Assembly: GCA_030390025.1 (NCBI GenBank)
Contig: JASTWF010000362.1
Span: forward strand, 372,001 to 436,000
Length of the DNA stretch: 64,000 bases
Direction: 5' to 3'
Source of the DNA: Squalus acanthias
Taxonomy: Eukaryota
Part shown: positions 25,900 to 37,755 of the stretch, piece after piece
Layout of the letters: every line of letters begins with the position of its first letter
How positions within the stretch are numbered: the first letter of the stretch is position 1
The notes under the pieces: model-generated
Seen by the model: only the letters and a program-made list of their open reading frames with translations
Database searches by the model: none
Told to the model about the DNA's origin: nothing
Made by a program: the position numbers and the translations under genes

Positions 25900-26995
25900 T
25901 GTGAGGTGGTGCATTTTGGGAGGAAGAGTAAGGAGGCCACACACTCCTCGGAAAATAAGCGTCTAAATGGGGTAGAGGAGCAGAGGGATCTGAGGGAACA
26001 GATACACAAATCACTAAAAGTAGCGACGCAGGTTAATAAGGCCATAAAAAAGCAAACAAAGCCCTGGGGTTCATTTCTAGAGGGATAGAATTGAAAAGCA
26101 GTGAAGTTATGTTAAACTTGTATAGAACCTTGGCTAGACCACACTTGGAGCACTGTGAACAGTTCTGGTCTCCATATTATGAAAAGGATATCAAGGCACT
26201 GGAGAAGGTGCAACAATGACTTAACAAGGATGATACCAGAACTGAGAGGTTATAACCATCAGGAAAGACTGAACAGGCTGAGGCTTTATTCTCTAGAAAA
26301 GAGAAGGCTGAGGGGTGACCGGATAGAGGTCTTGAAACTGTTGAAGGGGTTTGATAGGGTAGACGTAGAGAAGATGTTCCCACTTGTGGGGGAGACCAGA
26401 ACTAGGGGCCATCAATATAAGATAGTCACTAATAAATCCAGTGGGGAATTCAGGAGAAACTTCTTTACCCAGAGAGTGATGAGAATGTGGAACTCGCTAC
26501 CACAGGGAGTGGTTGAGAAAAGAAAGGACTTGCATTTCTACAGCGCCTTTCACCCCCTCAGGACGTCCCAAAGCGCTTTACAGCCAATGAAGTACTTTTT
26601 GAAGTGTGGTCACTGTTGTAATGTAGGAAACGCAGCAGCCAATTTGCGCACAGCAAGCTCCCACAAACAGCAATGTGATAATGACCAGATACACTGTATT
26701 TTAGTGATGTTGGTTGAGGGATAAATATTGGCCCCAGGACACCGAGGAGAACTCCCCTGCTCTTCTTCGCGGGATCTTTTACGTCCACCTGAGGGGGCAG
26801 ACGGGGCCTCGGTAAGAGGTGAACAGCACAGATGCATTTAAGGGGAAATTAGTTAAGCGCCTGAAGGAGAAAGGAATGGAAGGTTGTGTTGATGGGGTGA
26901 GATGAGGAGGGCGGGAGGAGGCTGGTGTGGAGCAGAAACGACAGCGTAGACCAGCTGGGCCGAACGGCCTGTTTCTGAACTGTACATAATATGTA
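25900..26995 (+). mobile_element. CR1 3' portion with a Deu-SINE (-) inserted at ~26518-26812
   Basis: CR1 ORF2 motifs break at GTGGTTGAG and resume at GAGGTGAACAG. Confidence 0.85.
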
Positions 26996-27304
26996 ACTCC
27001 CGGCGGGGACCACATTGAATATGGATGTTCTCTTGCCCAGAGGGTGTTAGTCAGTCTTGGCCAAAAAATACTCCCAGCCACACAGGCCTCTGGTTTCTGC
27101 TCCTGTGCTGCTGCCTGAGGCTATTTCAAGAGTGAATGGTCGTCCTCTGTTCATTGAAATGTCTGTTTCTTTGACATTTGTGATGTGTTCAGCTCATTAG
27201 AGATAGAGTGGAAGCTTTTTTAACACCACCCTCACCGATCGCAAGACCAAGCACAGTAACCCTCTGCCCCTCTTAACCAAACTCTAGTTACGCCCGTGCA
27301 TTGA

Positions 27305-28168
27305 TCAGCTGTGGCTCAGTGGGTCGCACGCTCATCTCCAAGTCAGAAGGTTGTGGGTTCAAGACCCTCTCCAGAGACTTGGGCACAAAATTCTAGGCTG
27401 ACACTCCAGTGCAGTACTGAGGGAGTGCCGCACTGTCAGAGGAGCAGTGCTGAGGGAGCGCCGCACTGTCGGAGGGGCAGTACTGAGGGAGCGCCGCACT
27501 GTCGGAGGGGCAGTACTGAGGGAGCGCTGCACTGTCGGAGGGGCAGTACTGAGGGAGCGCCGCACTGTCGGAGGGGCAGTACTGAGGGAGCGCCGCACTG
27601 TCGGAGGGGCAGTACTGAGGGAGCGCCGCACTGTCGGAGTGGCAGTACTGAGGGAGCGCCGCACTGTCGGAGGGCAGTACTGAGGGAGCGCCGCACTGTC
27701 GGAGGGCAGTACTGAGGGAGCGCCGCACTGTCGGAGGGCAGTACTGAGGGAGCGCCGCACTGTTGGAGGGCAGTACTGAGGGAACGCCGCACTGTCAGAG
27801 GGGCGGTACTGAGGGAGGGCTGCACTGTAGGAGGGGCAGTACTGAGGGAGTGCTGCACTGTCGGAGGGGCCGCCTTTCGGATGAGATGTTAAACCGAGGC
27901 CCCGTCTGCTCTCTCAGGTGGACGTAAAAGATCCCATGGCACTATTTCGAAGAAGAGCAGGGGAATTATCCCTGGTGTCCTGCCCAATATTTATCCCTCC
28001 ATCAACATAACATTGCTGTTTGTGGGAGCTTGCTGTGCGCAAATTGGCTGCCGCGTTTCCTACATTACAACAGTGACTACACTTCAAAAAGTACTTCATT
28101 GGCTGTAAAGTGCTTTGGGACGTCCTGAGGTTGTGAAAGGCGCTATATAAAAGCAAGTCTTTCTTTTT
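27305..28168 (+). mobile_element. Deu-SINE with ~14 copies of the 33/32-bp unit
   Basis: Head, array at ~27412-27870, core and tail. Confidence 0.92.
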
Positions 28169-28229
28169 TTATATATCGTCCCGTAGTCCGATCCAATCCA
28201 ATCAACCCTTCCACGAGTCCAGAGAGAGG

Positions 28230-28687
28230 CCGGGGTTCAGGTCACGAGACGGGGAGAGACTGGGGTTCAGAGCTGGAGACGGGGAGAGACTGGGGTTCAG
28301 AGCTGGAGACGGAGAGACTGGGGTTCAGGTCACGAGACGGGGAGAGACTGGGGTTCAGGTCATGAGACGGGGAGAGACTGGGGTTCAGAGCTGGAGACGG
28401 GGAGAGACTGGGGTTCAGAGCTGGAGACGGAGAGACTGGGGTTCAGGTCACGAGACGGGGAGAGACTGGGGTTCAGGTCATGAGACGGGGAGAGACTGGG
28501 GTTCAGGTCACGAGACGGGGAGAGACTGGGGTTCAGGTCACGAGACGGGGAGAGACTGGGGTTCAGGTCACGAGACGGGGAGAGACTGGGGTTCAGGTCA
28601 TGAGACGGGGAGAGACTGGGGTTCAGAGCTGGAGACGGGGAGATACTGGAGTTCAGGTCACGAGACGGGGACAGACTGGGGTTCAGG
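28230..28687. repeat. 30-bp minisatellite with two unit variants
   Basis: GGGGTTCAGGTCACGAGACGGGGAGAGACT and GGGGTTCAGAGCTGGAGACGGGGAGAGACT; ~15 copies. Confidence 0.95.
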
Positions 28688-28843
28688 TTAGTTCTATTTT
28701 TTTTACATCGAATATATCTACTGTTGCCGATGTTACATAACAGGACATCTCTGAACTGTATGAAGCAGATGAAATGTTCGTGTGACTTCAGGCAGTACCT
28801 GTCACTTCCCCACACTGCTGTGGTCTGTCACACTTGAGTCCCT

Positions 28844-29308
28844 GGCCTAGAAATTAAATTTCACGGGCGGGCCTAGGTTAACGGCCGCCCGTAAGCAGAG
28901 CGCTGGCAGCACCGGTATTTTGGTAGCAGTTTTCACTCCAATTACACAGTCTGAGCTCACCATAGTTACCCGTTTTCTCAGCAGCTGTTTCCTGTACGGT
29001 TTATAGCTCACCGCCGCTTTCTCCCGGCTCTACGCGCTGCCAGCAGCCGCACGCACGGGCGCGCTTTGGAGGGGGCGGCACGAGGAGCGGCGACGTTCAA
29101 AACCGATGAGCGTGCGTCAATTCGGTGTTCAACGCCGACTGACGTCACGCTCCTGGTAATTAAAATACTTGCGGCGCGCGCAGGCGACCTGCCCAATATG
29201 GCGGCTGCCACGTTCCACGCCGGAAGTGGGCGGAAGCGAGACGGCCGCCATTTTTTTTCTTTAAAACCGGCCTTACCGGCCGGCCCTAAAGGTTCGAATT
29301 TCTAGGAC
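28844..29308. mobile_element. GC-rich MITE-like element
   Basis: Perfect 10-bp inverted termini CCTAGAAATT (28846-28855) and AATTTCTAGG (29297-29306); CpG-rich interior. Confidence 0.65.
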
Positions 29309-29414
29309 CCCCGTGTCTTTTACTTGGCATGGAACCACTCAGTGATTAATGGGCTACCACATTGGAAAAGCTGTCCCTTGTCCACTCCCCAGTGCTCAGT
29401 GTATATTTAGTCAC

Positions 29415-29642
29415 TGATGTAAGAAAACTACTAGGCACTTGGTCTAAGCGTTAAACAAAGCTTTAATCAACTGTTTTACAACATGGAGGTCTAGTTGTGT
29501 CCTTCTCTAGTTCCTGTTAAAGAATGTCCTGCGCAAGCTGGGCCCGTGCCCGAGTATTTATACTCTCCCTGGACAGCGCCACCCGCAGGTCACTCAGTAT
29601 TATTTCATAAGTCTGTCTTTCATGAATGACAGATTCATGTCA
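29415..29642 (-). mobile_element. Short solo LTR (228 bp)
   Basis: TGA...TCA termini with a 5-bp TSD GTCAC (29410-29414 and 29643-29647). Minus-strand TATAAATA (~29555-29562) lies upstream of ATTAAA (29462-29467). Confidence 0.75.
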
Positions 29643-30984
29643 GTCACCAGGTTTGTTTTAGGGGAGTGGAAATCTGGGACTTTCTCCCTATAAAGCTGTT
29701 GAGGCTGGGGGGCGGGGGGGTCAGTTGAAAATTTCAAGACTGAGATCGACTGATTTTTTTTGTTGGGTAAGGGTGTGAAGGGATACGGAGCCAGGGCGGG
29801 TAGATGGAGTTGATTGAATGGCGGAAGGGGCTCGAGGGGCTGAATGGCCTCCTGCTGTTCCTATGTCCCTGTGTTCTGTAGCACTGTCTCTGCCGTTCTT
29901 TCCTCCAGTCCTCAGCCTCAAGTAACTCAGCTCAAGTCGAGGGTAAAACTTGCCCGAGAGGAGCCCCACGGCTGCGACTTAGCCACGAGGGCTCTGGGTG
30001 CCAGTGACTCTGCGGCAGCCTAAATATCGTTCCCTAAACTATTTCTATCCTGCGCTTCAAACTGAAACTAATTTCCGACATTGCAACGGTGACTGCACCG
30101 TCAAAAGCGACTTTGTTGGCTGTAAGGGGGTGTTCTGGGACGCTATATAAATGCAAGTTCTTTCTTATCCTTAATTATACAAACAGCTTATGTTGGGTTG
30201 GTGCCTGTGAAAAGCTCCTTTCTCAGTTCATTAGCAACCTAATTAAGAGTGAAATGGCCATTATCCCAGTCAGATTCAAAGCAACGTTAATGAGGTCCTG
30301 GGAGGGAGATTGACCCTGAGACTGATCAACTCTGTCACTGTATTTGGAGCTAAACTGACTCAAGGGCTCGAACTGGAGGCGAGAGGAGGCAGAGACAGTG
30401 ATTAAACCCTTGTTAAACATTAGGAATGTCAAACACATCCTGTTTTAAGGGGGGGGGGGGAAATCTTTTCATTGGTGATTTGCAATTGGATTTAAATAGT
30501 AATTCCCGTAAGTGCCCTCTCTGAGCGAATGATGGCGAGTGGTTACTTTGCATGAATACAATTCGCAGACCGAGGACGTCAGGCAGCAGAGAGGGAGCGG
30601 TTCCCTGAGGGGAGACGAACGGGTGATTTTTCGTCTCCGAGCTCTCGGTGGGGCGTCTCCCCCAGGGGGTCATGGGTCGGGGCAGTCCGACCCTTTAAGT
30701 CAAAAAAAAATCGCGCGCCCAAATCTCCGATGCCAGCTCCCAATGGACGAGGCTTCCCACTGGGAGCTCAGAGCTGCAAAATTACACCCCTGCTGCCATT
30801 GCTGATACAGAGGTGACCCTCGCAGGGAAATGGCTGTTGGTAATTTAGCGGATGATTGCTCAGTGACATTCCTTCGCCCCCTTTTTAATGCATGCACGTT
30901 ACTTTAAAGAGGCTAACGTCTTGGCTCAAACAACAGGCAGGGGAACGTTATCTAAACACATTTCACCAACTTTAAGCAGTCAAT

Positions 30985-31412
30985 CCAGGACAAAGCAGCC
31001 CGCTTGATCCTCAAGCCATCCACCACCTTAAACATTCACTCCCTCCACCACCGGCGGACCGTGGCTGCAGTGTGTACCATCTACAAGATGCACTGCAGCA
31101 ACTCGCCAAGGCTTCTTCAGCAGCACCTCCCAAACCCGCCACCTCTACCATCGAGAAGGACAAGGGCAGCAGGCGCATGGGAACACCACCACCTCCAAGT
31201 TCCCCTCCAAGTCACACACCATCCTGACTTGGAAATATATCGGCCGTTCCTTCATCGTCGCTGGGTCAAAATCCTGGAACTCCCTCCCTGACAGCACTGT
31301 GGGAGCACCTTCACCACACGGACTGCAGCGGTTCAAGAAGGCGGCTCACCACCACCTTCTCAAGGGCAATAAATGCCGGCCTTGCCAGTGACGCCCACAT
31401 CCTGTGAATGAA
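30985..31412 (+). mobile_element. LINE 3' end of a third family (CR1-group; clade not assigned)
   Basis: IHSLHHRRTVAAVCTIYKMH...SKSWNSLP-type C-terminus; 3' tail shared with the second SINE family. Confidence 0.7.
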
Positions 31413-31524
31413 TACATTTTTAAAAAGATGTGAAACTTCCCAATTGAAATGCTGCATTGCTTGTTTGCTTTACACTAAGTTCTGAGAATTTGCAGATGGT
31501 TAAATCGCTTTTATATCTGTATAT

Positions 31525-33000
31525 CATAGGAAGGAAGGAACAGGAGAAGGCCATTCCGCCTCGAGCCTGTTTCATTATTCAGTGAGATCATGGCTGATCT
31601 GAATCTTAACTCCATCTACCCGCCTCGGCTCCGTAACCTTACTGAACAAAATCTATCGATCTAAGTTTTGAAATTTGAAATTGACCCCCAGCCTCAACAG
31701 CTTTTTGTGGTTGGGGGGGAGAGAGTTCCTGATCTCCACTACCCTTTGTGCAAAGAAGTGCTTCCTGACATCACCTCTGAACAGCCTGGAGACAGCGAGT
31801 TGAGCTAAATGGTTGTTTTTCAGACTGGAGGATGGTCGACAGTGGTGTTCCCCAAGGGTCAGTGCTGGGGCCACTGCTTTTTTTGATATATATAAAAAAC
31901 CTGGATATTGGAATTCAGAGTAGAATTTCTAAATTTGCCGTTGACACCAAACTTGGGGGTGTGGCAAACAGTGAGGATGATACCAATCGACTGCAACAGG
32001 ACACAGAAAGGCTAGTGGAATGGGCAGACAAGTGGCAGATGGAATTTAATACAGAGAAGTGTGAGGTGATGCATTTTGGCAGAAGGAATAGGGAAAGGCA
32101 ATATACACTTAATGGCACAGTTTTAAAGAGTGTGCAGAAACAGAGAGACCTGGGAGTTAATGTGCATAGGTCCCTGAAGATGGCAGGACATATTGAGAGA
32201 GTGGTTAGCAAAGCATATGGGATCCTGGGCTTCATAAATAGAGGTATTGAGTACAAAAGTAGAGAAGTTATGCTGAACCTTTATAAAACGCTGGTTAGGC
32301 CACAACTGGAGTATTGCGTCCAGTTCTGGTCACCACACTTTAGGAAGGATCTGAAGGCCCTTGAGAGGGTGCAGAGGAGATTTACCAGAATGGTTCCGGG
32401 GATGGGGGATCTTACCTACAAGGACAGGTTGGAGAAGCTGGATTTGTTTTCATTAGAGCAAAGGAGGTTGAGGGGTGATTTGATAGAGGTGTACAAGATT
32501 ATGACGGGTTTGGATAGGCTAGACGGGGAAAGGCTGTTCCCATTAGTTGATGGTACAAGGACTAGGGGACACAGATTTAAGGTTTTGGGCAAGAGATACA
32601 GGGGGGATGTGAGGAAAAACTTTTTTACGCAGCGAGTGGTGAGGACCTGGAACTCGCTGCCAACGGAAGTGGTGGAAGCGGAGAGACTCAATGTTTTCAA
32701 GGGGAGACTGGATAGGCACTTGAGGGAAATAAACTTGCAGGGTTATGGGGATAGAGCGGGGGAAATGGGATTGACCGGATTGCTCTACAGAGAGCCGGCA
32801 CGGACTCGATGGGCCGAATGGCCTCTTTCTGTACCGTTATGACTCTATGAACGGCCTGGCTCTAATTTTAAGGTTATGTCCCCTTGTTCTGGACTTCTCA
32901 TGGTTTCGCTCCATCTACCCTATCAACTCCTTTAATCATCTTAAACACCTCAATTATATCACCCCTTAATCTTCCATACTCAAGGGAATAGAGGGCTAGT
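31525..33000. mobile_element. CR1 (+, ~31790-32849) nested in an older CR1 end (-)
   Basis: 336-aa RT ORF (SGVPQGSVLGPLLFLIYI, SKFAVDTKLGG with the catalytic ADD mutated). Near-duplicated flank TGAAC(A/G)GCCTGG. Confidence 0.92.
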
Positions 33001-33282
33001 CTGAGAGAGAACACACAAACGAAAACAGCGGAGAAAGGGTTAACCGAAAGGTGGGAAATCTTAGAAGGACTGTACTACCTTTGGGCAAGAAGGGGTCTGG
33101 ATGGAAAGACCTGAATCTAGACATGGTATATAAGGAGGGGCTACTAGGTCACAATAAAAACAATTGCAGAAATGGTTGGTGAAGAAGGTAGGATTTGAGC
33201 TCGGTCACTAGAATGGTCCCAGGGATGAGGGACTTCAGTATTGTAGAGAGACTGGAGAAACTGGGGTTATTCTCCTTCGAGC

Positions 33283-33459
33283 AATAACCATGACCTGTGT
33301 GAGGATCTTAGGCTGACAGACGCTGACCTGGGAAAGGAAATCCTGCAGAGATATGATGCTGGGGAAGATCTGGTGATCAGAGTCCTGTCTGCCACAAACG
33401 AAGAGGCAGCCACCGCCGTCGCCATCGCTATTGCCATCAAGCCAATGACCAAACAGTAA
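33283..33459 (+). pseudogene. EIF5A: 5'-truncated processed pseudogene fragment of eIF5A (C-terminal ~55 codons)
   Basis: Reads NNHDLCEDLRLTDADLGKEILQRYDAGEDLVIRVLSATNEEAATAVAIAIAIKPMTKQ*, versus the eIF5A C-terminus GEVREDLRLPEGDLGKEIEQKYDCGEEILITVLSAMTEEAAVAIKAMAK*. No N-terminal or hypusine region is present, and it is fused directly to a CR1 fragment. Confidence 0.85.
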
Positions 33460-33542
33460 GCAGGGATCAAGAAACCAGGCCTAACCGCTCAGGCCAAAAC
33501 CTTGGGCCTTAATTTGGTTAATTATCGTCAAAGTGAAGGCTT

Positions 33543-34010
33543 GGGGAACGGTAGCATAGTGGTTATGTTACTAGACTAGTAATCAAGTGTAGGTCTAGAC
33601 TAATGATTCCTGGTAGATGTGAGTTCAAATCTCACCACAGCAGCTGGGGAATTTAAATCCAATTAAACAAATATGGGGGGAAAAAAGCTATTATCAGTTA
33701 ATGGTGACCATGAAACGACCAGATTGTCACTAGAAACCCACCTAGTTCACTAATGTTCTTTAGAGAAGGAAATCTGCCATCCTTACCTGGTCTGTGACTC
33801 CAGACCCACAGCAATGTGGTTGACTCTTCACTGCCCTCTGAAATGGCCGAGCGAGACACTCAGTTGTACCAGACCGCTACAAAGAGGTATCATCACACGG
33901 ACTGCAGTGGTTCAAGAAGGCGGCTCACCACCACCACTCGAGGGCAATTAGGGATGGGCAATAAATGCCGGCCTTGCCAGCGACACCCACATCCCGTGAG
34001 CGAATAAAAA
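33543..34010 (+). mobile_element. Second tRNA-headed SINE family, full length
   Basis: A-box TAGCATAGTGG and B-box GAGTTCAAATC; body ...GTTCACTAATGT.CTTTAG.GAAGGAAATCTGCC...; tail matches the LINE at 30985-31412. Other copies at 41035-42275 (split) and 49433-49650. Confidence 0.8.
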
Positions 34011-34596
34011 AGTCTTCATTTCCTTAGAATTCAAAATAATGAGTGGTTTTTGGCCGAGTAAATACGGAGAAACTGTTTCCACGGGCAGAGGACGCCACCA
34101 TTTCCCTAGTGTCCAAAAAACTATCGATCTCAGTCTTCAATATACTCAACGACTCAGCATCCACAGCCCTCTGGGCAGAGAATTCCAAAAGAATGGTGGG
34201 GTGCTGGATCCTGTTTGGGTGCAGCAGATGTGAATCCGGGATGCAGCTGCTCAGAGAGGGCAGTAGTTTATTAAACACCAAAAAAGTTAATGTTCACAAA
34301 CAGAAGCTTGCAGGGGATCAGTCGCTGTACAAACAGACGAGCATCACACTGAATGTTCCATTGAACGAGAGAGGAACAAGATCTGTAGTCTTATCAGTCG
34401 CAACAGCTTCCTGATTCCAATGGGGAAATTGAAACTGGCTGATCCTCTGCAGAAAATTCAAACAAATACAATTAGCGTCAAGTTCAAAGATTTATTGAGA
34501 TTCTCCCCACGGGCAATTTTCATGAAATAATGGATCACACAAAAGAACACGACAATTGCTGGTGACAGCTTACCGAGTGAGATTTCAAAGGGACTT

Positions 34597-35698
34597 TGTG
34601 TGTGCGCGCGTGTGTGTGCAGGTTTGTGTGTGTGCGCGTGTGTGCAGGTTTGTGTGTGTGCGCGTGTGTGCAGGTTTGTGTTTGTGCGCATGTGTGCAGG
34701 TTTGTGTTTGTGTGTGCGCATGTGTGCAGGTTTGTGTTTGTGTGTGCGCGTGTGTGCAGGTTTGTGTGCGTGTGTGCGCATGTGTGCAGGTTTGTGTTTG
34801 TGTGTGCGCGTGTGTGCAGGTTTGTGTTTGTGTGTGCGCGTGTGTGCAGGTTTGTGTGTGTGTGCACGTGTGTGCAGGTTTGTGTTTGTGTGTGCGCGTG
34901 TGTGCAGGTTTGTGTTTGTGTGTGCGCGTGTGTGCAGGTTTGTGTTTGTGTGTGCGCGTGTGTGCAGGTTTGTGTTTGTGTGTGCGCATGTGTGCAGGTT
35001 TGTGTTTGTGTGTGCGCGTGTGTGCAGGTTTGTGTGCGTGTGTGCGCATGTGTGCAGGTTTGTGTTTGTGTGTGCGCGTGTGTGCAGGTTTGTGTTTGTG
35101 TGTGCGCATGTGTGCAGGTTTGTGTGTGTGTGCGCGTGTGTGCAGGTTTGTGTTTGTGTGTGCGCGTGTGTGCAGGTTTGTGTGTGTGCGCGTGTGTGCA
35201 GGTTTGTGTTTGTGTGTGCACGTGTGTGCAGGTTTGTGTTTGTGTGTGCGCATGTGTGCAGGTTTGTGTGTGTGTGCGCGTGTGTGCAGGTTTGTGTGTG
35301 TGTGCGTGTGTGTGCAGGTTTGTGTTTGTGTGTGCGCGTGTGTGCGCGTGTGTGCAGGTTTGTGTGTGTGCGTGTGTGTGCGCGTGTGTGCAGGTTTGTG
35401 TTTGTGTGTGCACGTGTGTGCAGGTTTGTGTTTGTGTGTGCGCGTGTGTGCAGGTTTGTGTGTGTGCGCGTGTGTGCAGGTTTGTGTGTGTCCGTGCGGG
35501 TTTTGTGTGCCCGTCTAATGGTGTGTGCAGCATGTCTGTGTGAGTGTTTCTACATGCATGTTTGTGTGTGCATGTGCGCGTTTGTTTACCCGTGTGTTTG
35601 TGTGCACGTGTTTACATGTGTGTACATACGTGTCTTTGCATATGCACATGTTTTTTGTGTGTATGCATGTTTCTGCGTGTGTGTTTGTGTGTGTGTGT
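34597..35698. repeat. TG-rich ~30-bp minisatellite grading into degenerate (TG)n
   Basis: (GTGTGCAGGTTTGTGTTTGTGTGTGCGCGT)n. Confidence 0.95.
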
Positions 35699-36559
35699 GA
35701 CTGCACTTCAAAAAGTACTTCATTGGCTGTGAAGCGCTTTGGGACGTCCTGAGGTGGTGAAAGGCGCTGGAGAAATGCGAGTTCTCTCTTAATTTCAGTG
35801 CACCGGGGTTCAAAGGATGCGATCTTGCTCAAGAGGAAAACTGAAGCAAGTGTTGCCCAGGGCTGTTCTTCGATTTCTCTCGGTGCCCGGTTACTGTGGA
35901 GTCTTTGGCGCATTATCTCTCTCGCTGTTTAACTGCAATCTGTGCTAATACTCAGTGTCCAGGTGATTAATCTTCAATTCCTGGAGAATCCGGGCCAATC
36001 CCGGATGGTTGGCGACCCTAATGAGCCCGCGGTGTCCACCGATTTGCGGGTTGGTGGGGGGAGAGCAGGAGGCTGTTTTATGGCCGGCCCGGATTGGCGG
36101 AGACAGATTGAATCCTTTTAAAAATCATTCATGGGATGTGGGCGTCGCTGGCAAGGCCGGCATTTATTGCCCATCCCTAATTGCCCCTTGGCAATCGTTG
36201 GGTTTTAGTTTGGGCTGCCCACCCTCTGAATTAGAAGCAGGAGCTTCAAGAAGGCTTGGTGGCACTCGGTAAACTGGCGGTACCACGGCAACCAGTCTCT
36301 CCCTCTCCCGCCTGTCACAACTCCCTTGGGACTCGCCCCCACCACGGTCAATGGCACTTGTTCTGCCACGTTAAGTATCCAGTGACAAAATTGTGGTAAA
36401 TCCGCGAGACAGCTGAAGTTGGGATTAGACGGCAGTGCATTTAAGTAAATCTCATGACCCTTTGCATTTAGTGCATTATCTCTCTCTCTGTTTAACTGCA
36501 GTCTGTGCTAATACTCAGTGCCTGTGTTCAGGAGAGTCGAGGATTACATTTTAAAAAAG

Positions 36560-37020
36560 AAAAGACTCGCATTTCTCCAGCACCTTTCACAACCTCAGGA
36601 CGTCCCAAAGCGCTTCACAGCCAATGAAGTGCATTTTGAAGTGTAGTCACTGTTGTAATGTAGGAAACGCAGCAGCCAATTTGCGCACAGCAAGATCCCA
36701 CAAACAGCAATGTGATTATGATCAGATCATCTGTTTTAATGATGTTGATTGAGGGAAAAATATTGGCCGCAGGAGAACTCCCCTGCTCTTCTTCGAAATA
36801 GTGCCACGGGATCTTTTACGTTCACCTGAGAGGGCAGATGGGGCCTCGGTTTAACGTCTCATCCAAAAGACGGCACCTGCGACAGTGCGGCACTCCCTCA
36901 GCACTGCACTGGGAGTGTCAGCCTAGATTTGTGTGCTCAAGTCTCTGGAGTGGGGACTGTGAACCCACAACCTTCTGACTCAGAGGCAAGAGTGCTGCCC
37001 ACCGAGACACAGCCGACACT
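36560..37020 (-). mobile_element. Full-length Deu-SINE, single unit
   Basis: Reverse complement of the consensus. Confidence 0.9.
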
Positions 37021-37227
37021 AACATAGGGCCTCTTCCCTCTCACCTCGGCAATTCCATCTCCGTCACTGCCCATCTCCTTCAGCGAGCAGCGGTCTGCTC
37101 GAGAGAGAGAGAGAGAGAGAGGGAGTCAGTTCCTGTCAGAAGGTTCCGGAAAGCTCCCCCATCCCTCGGTGTCCACCGAGTAGACCAAACCGCCTGCGGC
37201 CACTCTGCTGACTTAACGACATTAATG

Positions 37228-37755
37228 GCATCGAGTACAACAGCAAGGACGTTATGCTAAAACCTTTATAAAACACTGGTTAGGCCTCAGCTGGAGTATT
37301 GTGTCCAATTCTGGAAAATGTCAAGGCCTTGGAGCGGGTGCGGAGGAGATTTACTGGAATGGTTTCGGGGATGAGGGACTTCAGTTATGTGGAGAGACTG
37401 GAGAAGCTGGGATTGTTCTCCTTGGAGCAGCGAAGGTTAAGGGGAGATTTAATAGAGGTGTTCAAAATCATGAAGGGTTTTGATAGAGTAAATCAGGAGA
37501 AACTGTTTCCAGTGGCAGGAGGGTCGGTAACCAGACGACACGGATTTAAGATAATTGGCTAAAGAACCAGAGGGGAGATGAGGAGGATTTTTTTTAACGC
37601 AGCGAGTTGTTGTGATCTGGAATGCGCTGCCTGAACGGGCGGTGGAAGCAGATTCAATAGCAACTTTCAAAAGGGGAATTGGATAAATACTTGAAAAGGA
37701 AAAATTTGCAGGGCTGTGGGGAAAGAGCAGCAGGGAGTGGGATTCATTGGAGAGC
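37228..37755 (+). mobile_element. CR1 3' fragment
   Basis: VKALERVRRRFTGMV...LRGDLIEVFKIMKGFD. Confidence 0.85.

Noticed and set aside
31832..32842. Functional reverse transcriptase gene
   Set aside because: 5'-truncated CR1 with the catalytic ADD changed to AVD and no endonuclease domain or ORF1.
33000..33200. TATATAA plus AATAAA suggesting another LTR or a promoter
   Set aside because: No TG...CA termini or TSD could be identified.
34535..35700. Cys/Val-rich and His/Thr-rich ORFs
   Set aside because: TG-repeat artefacts.
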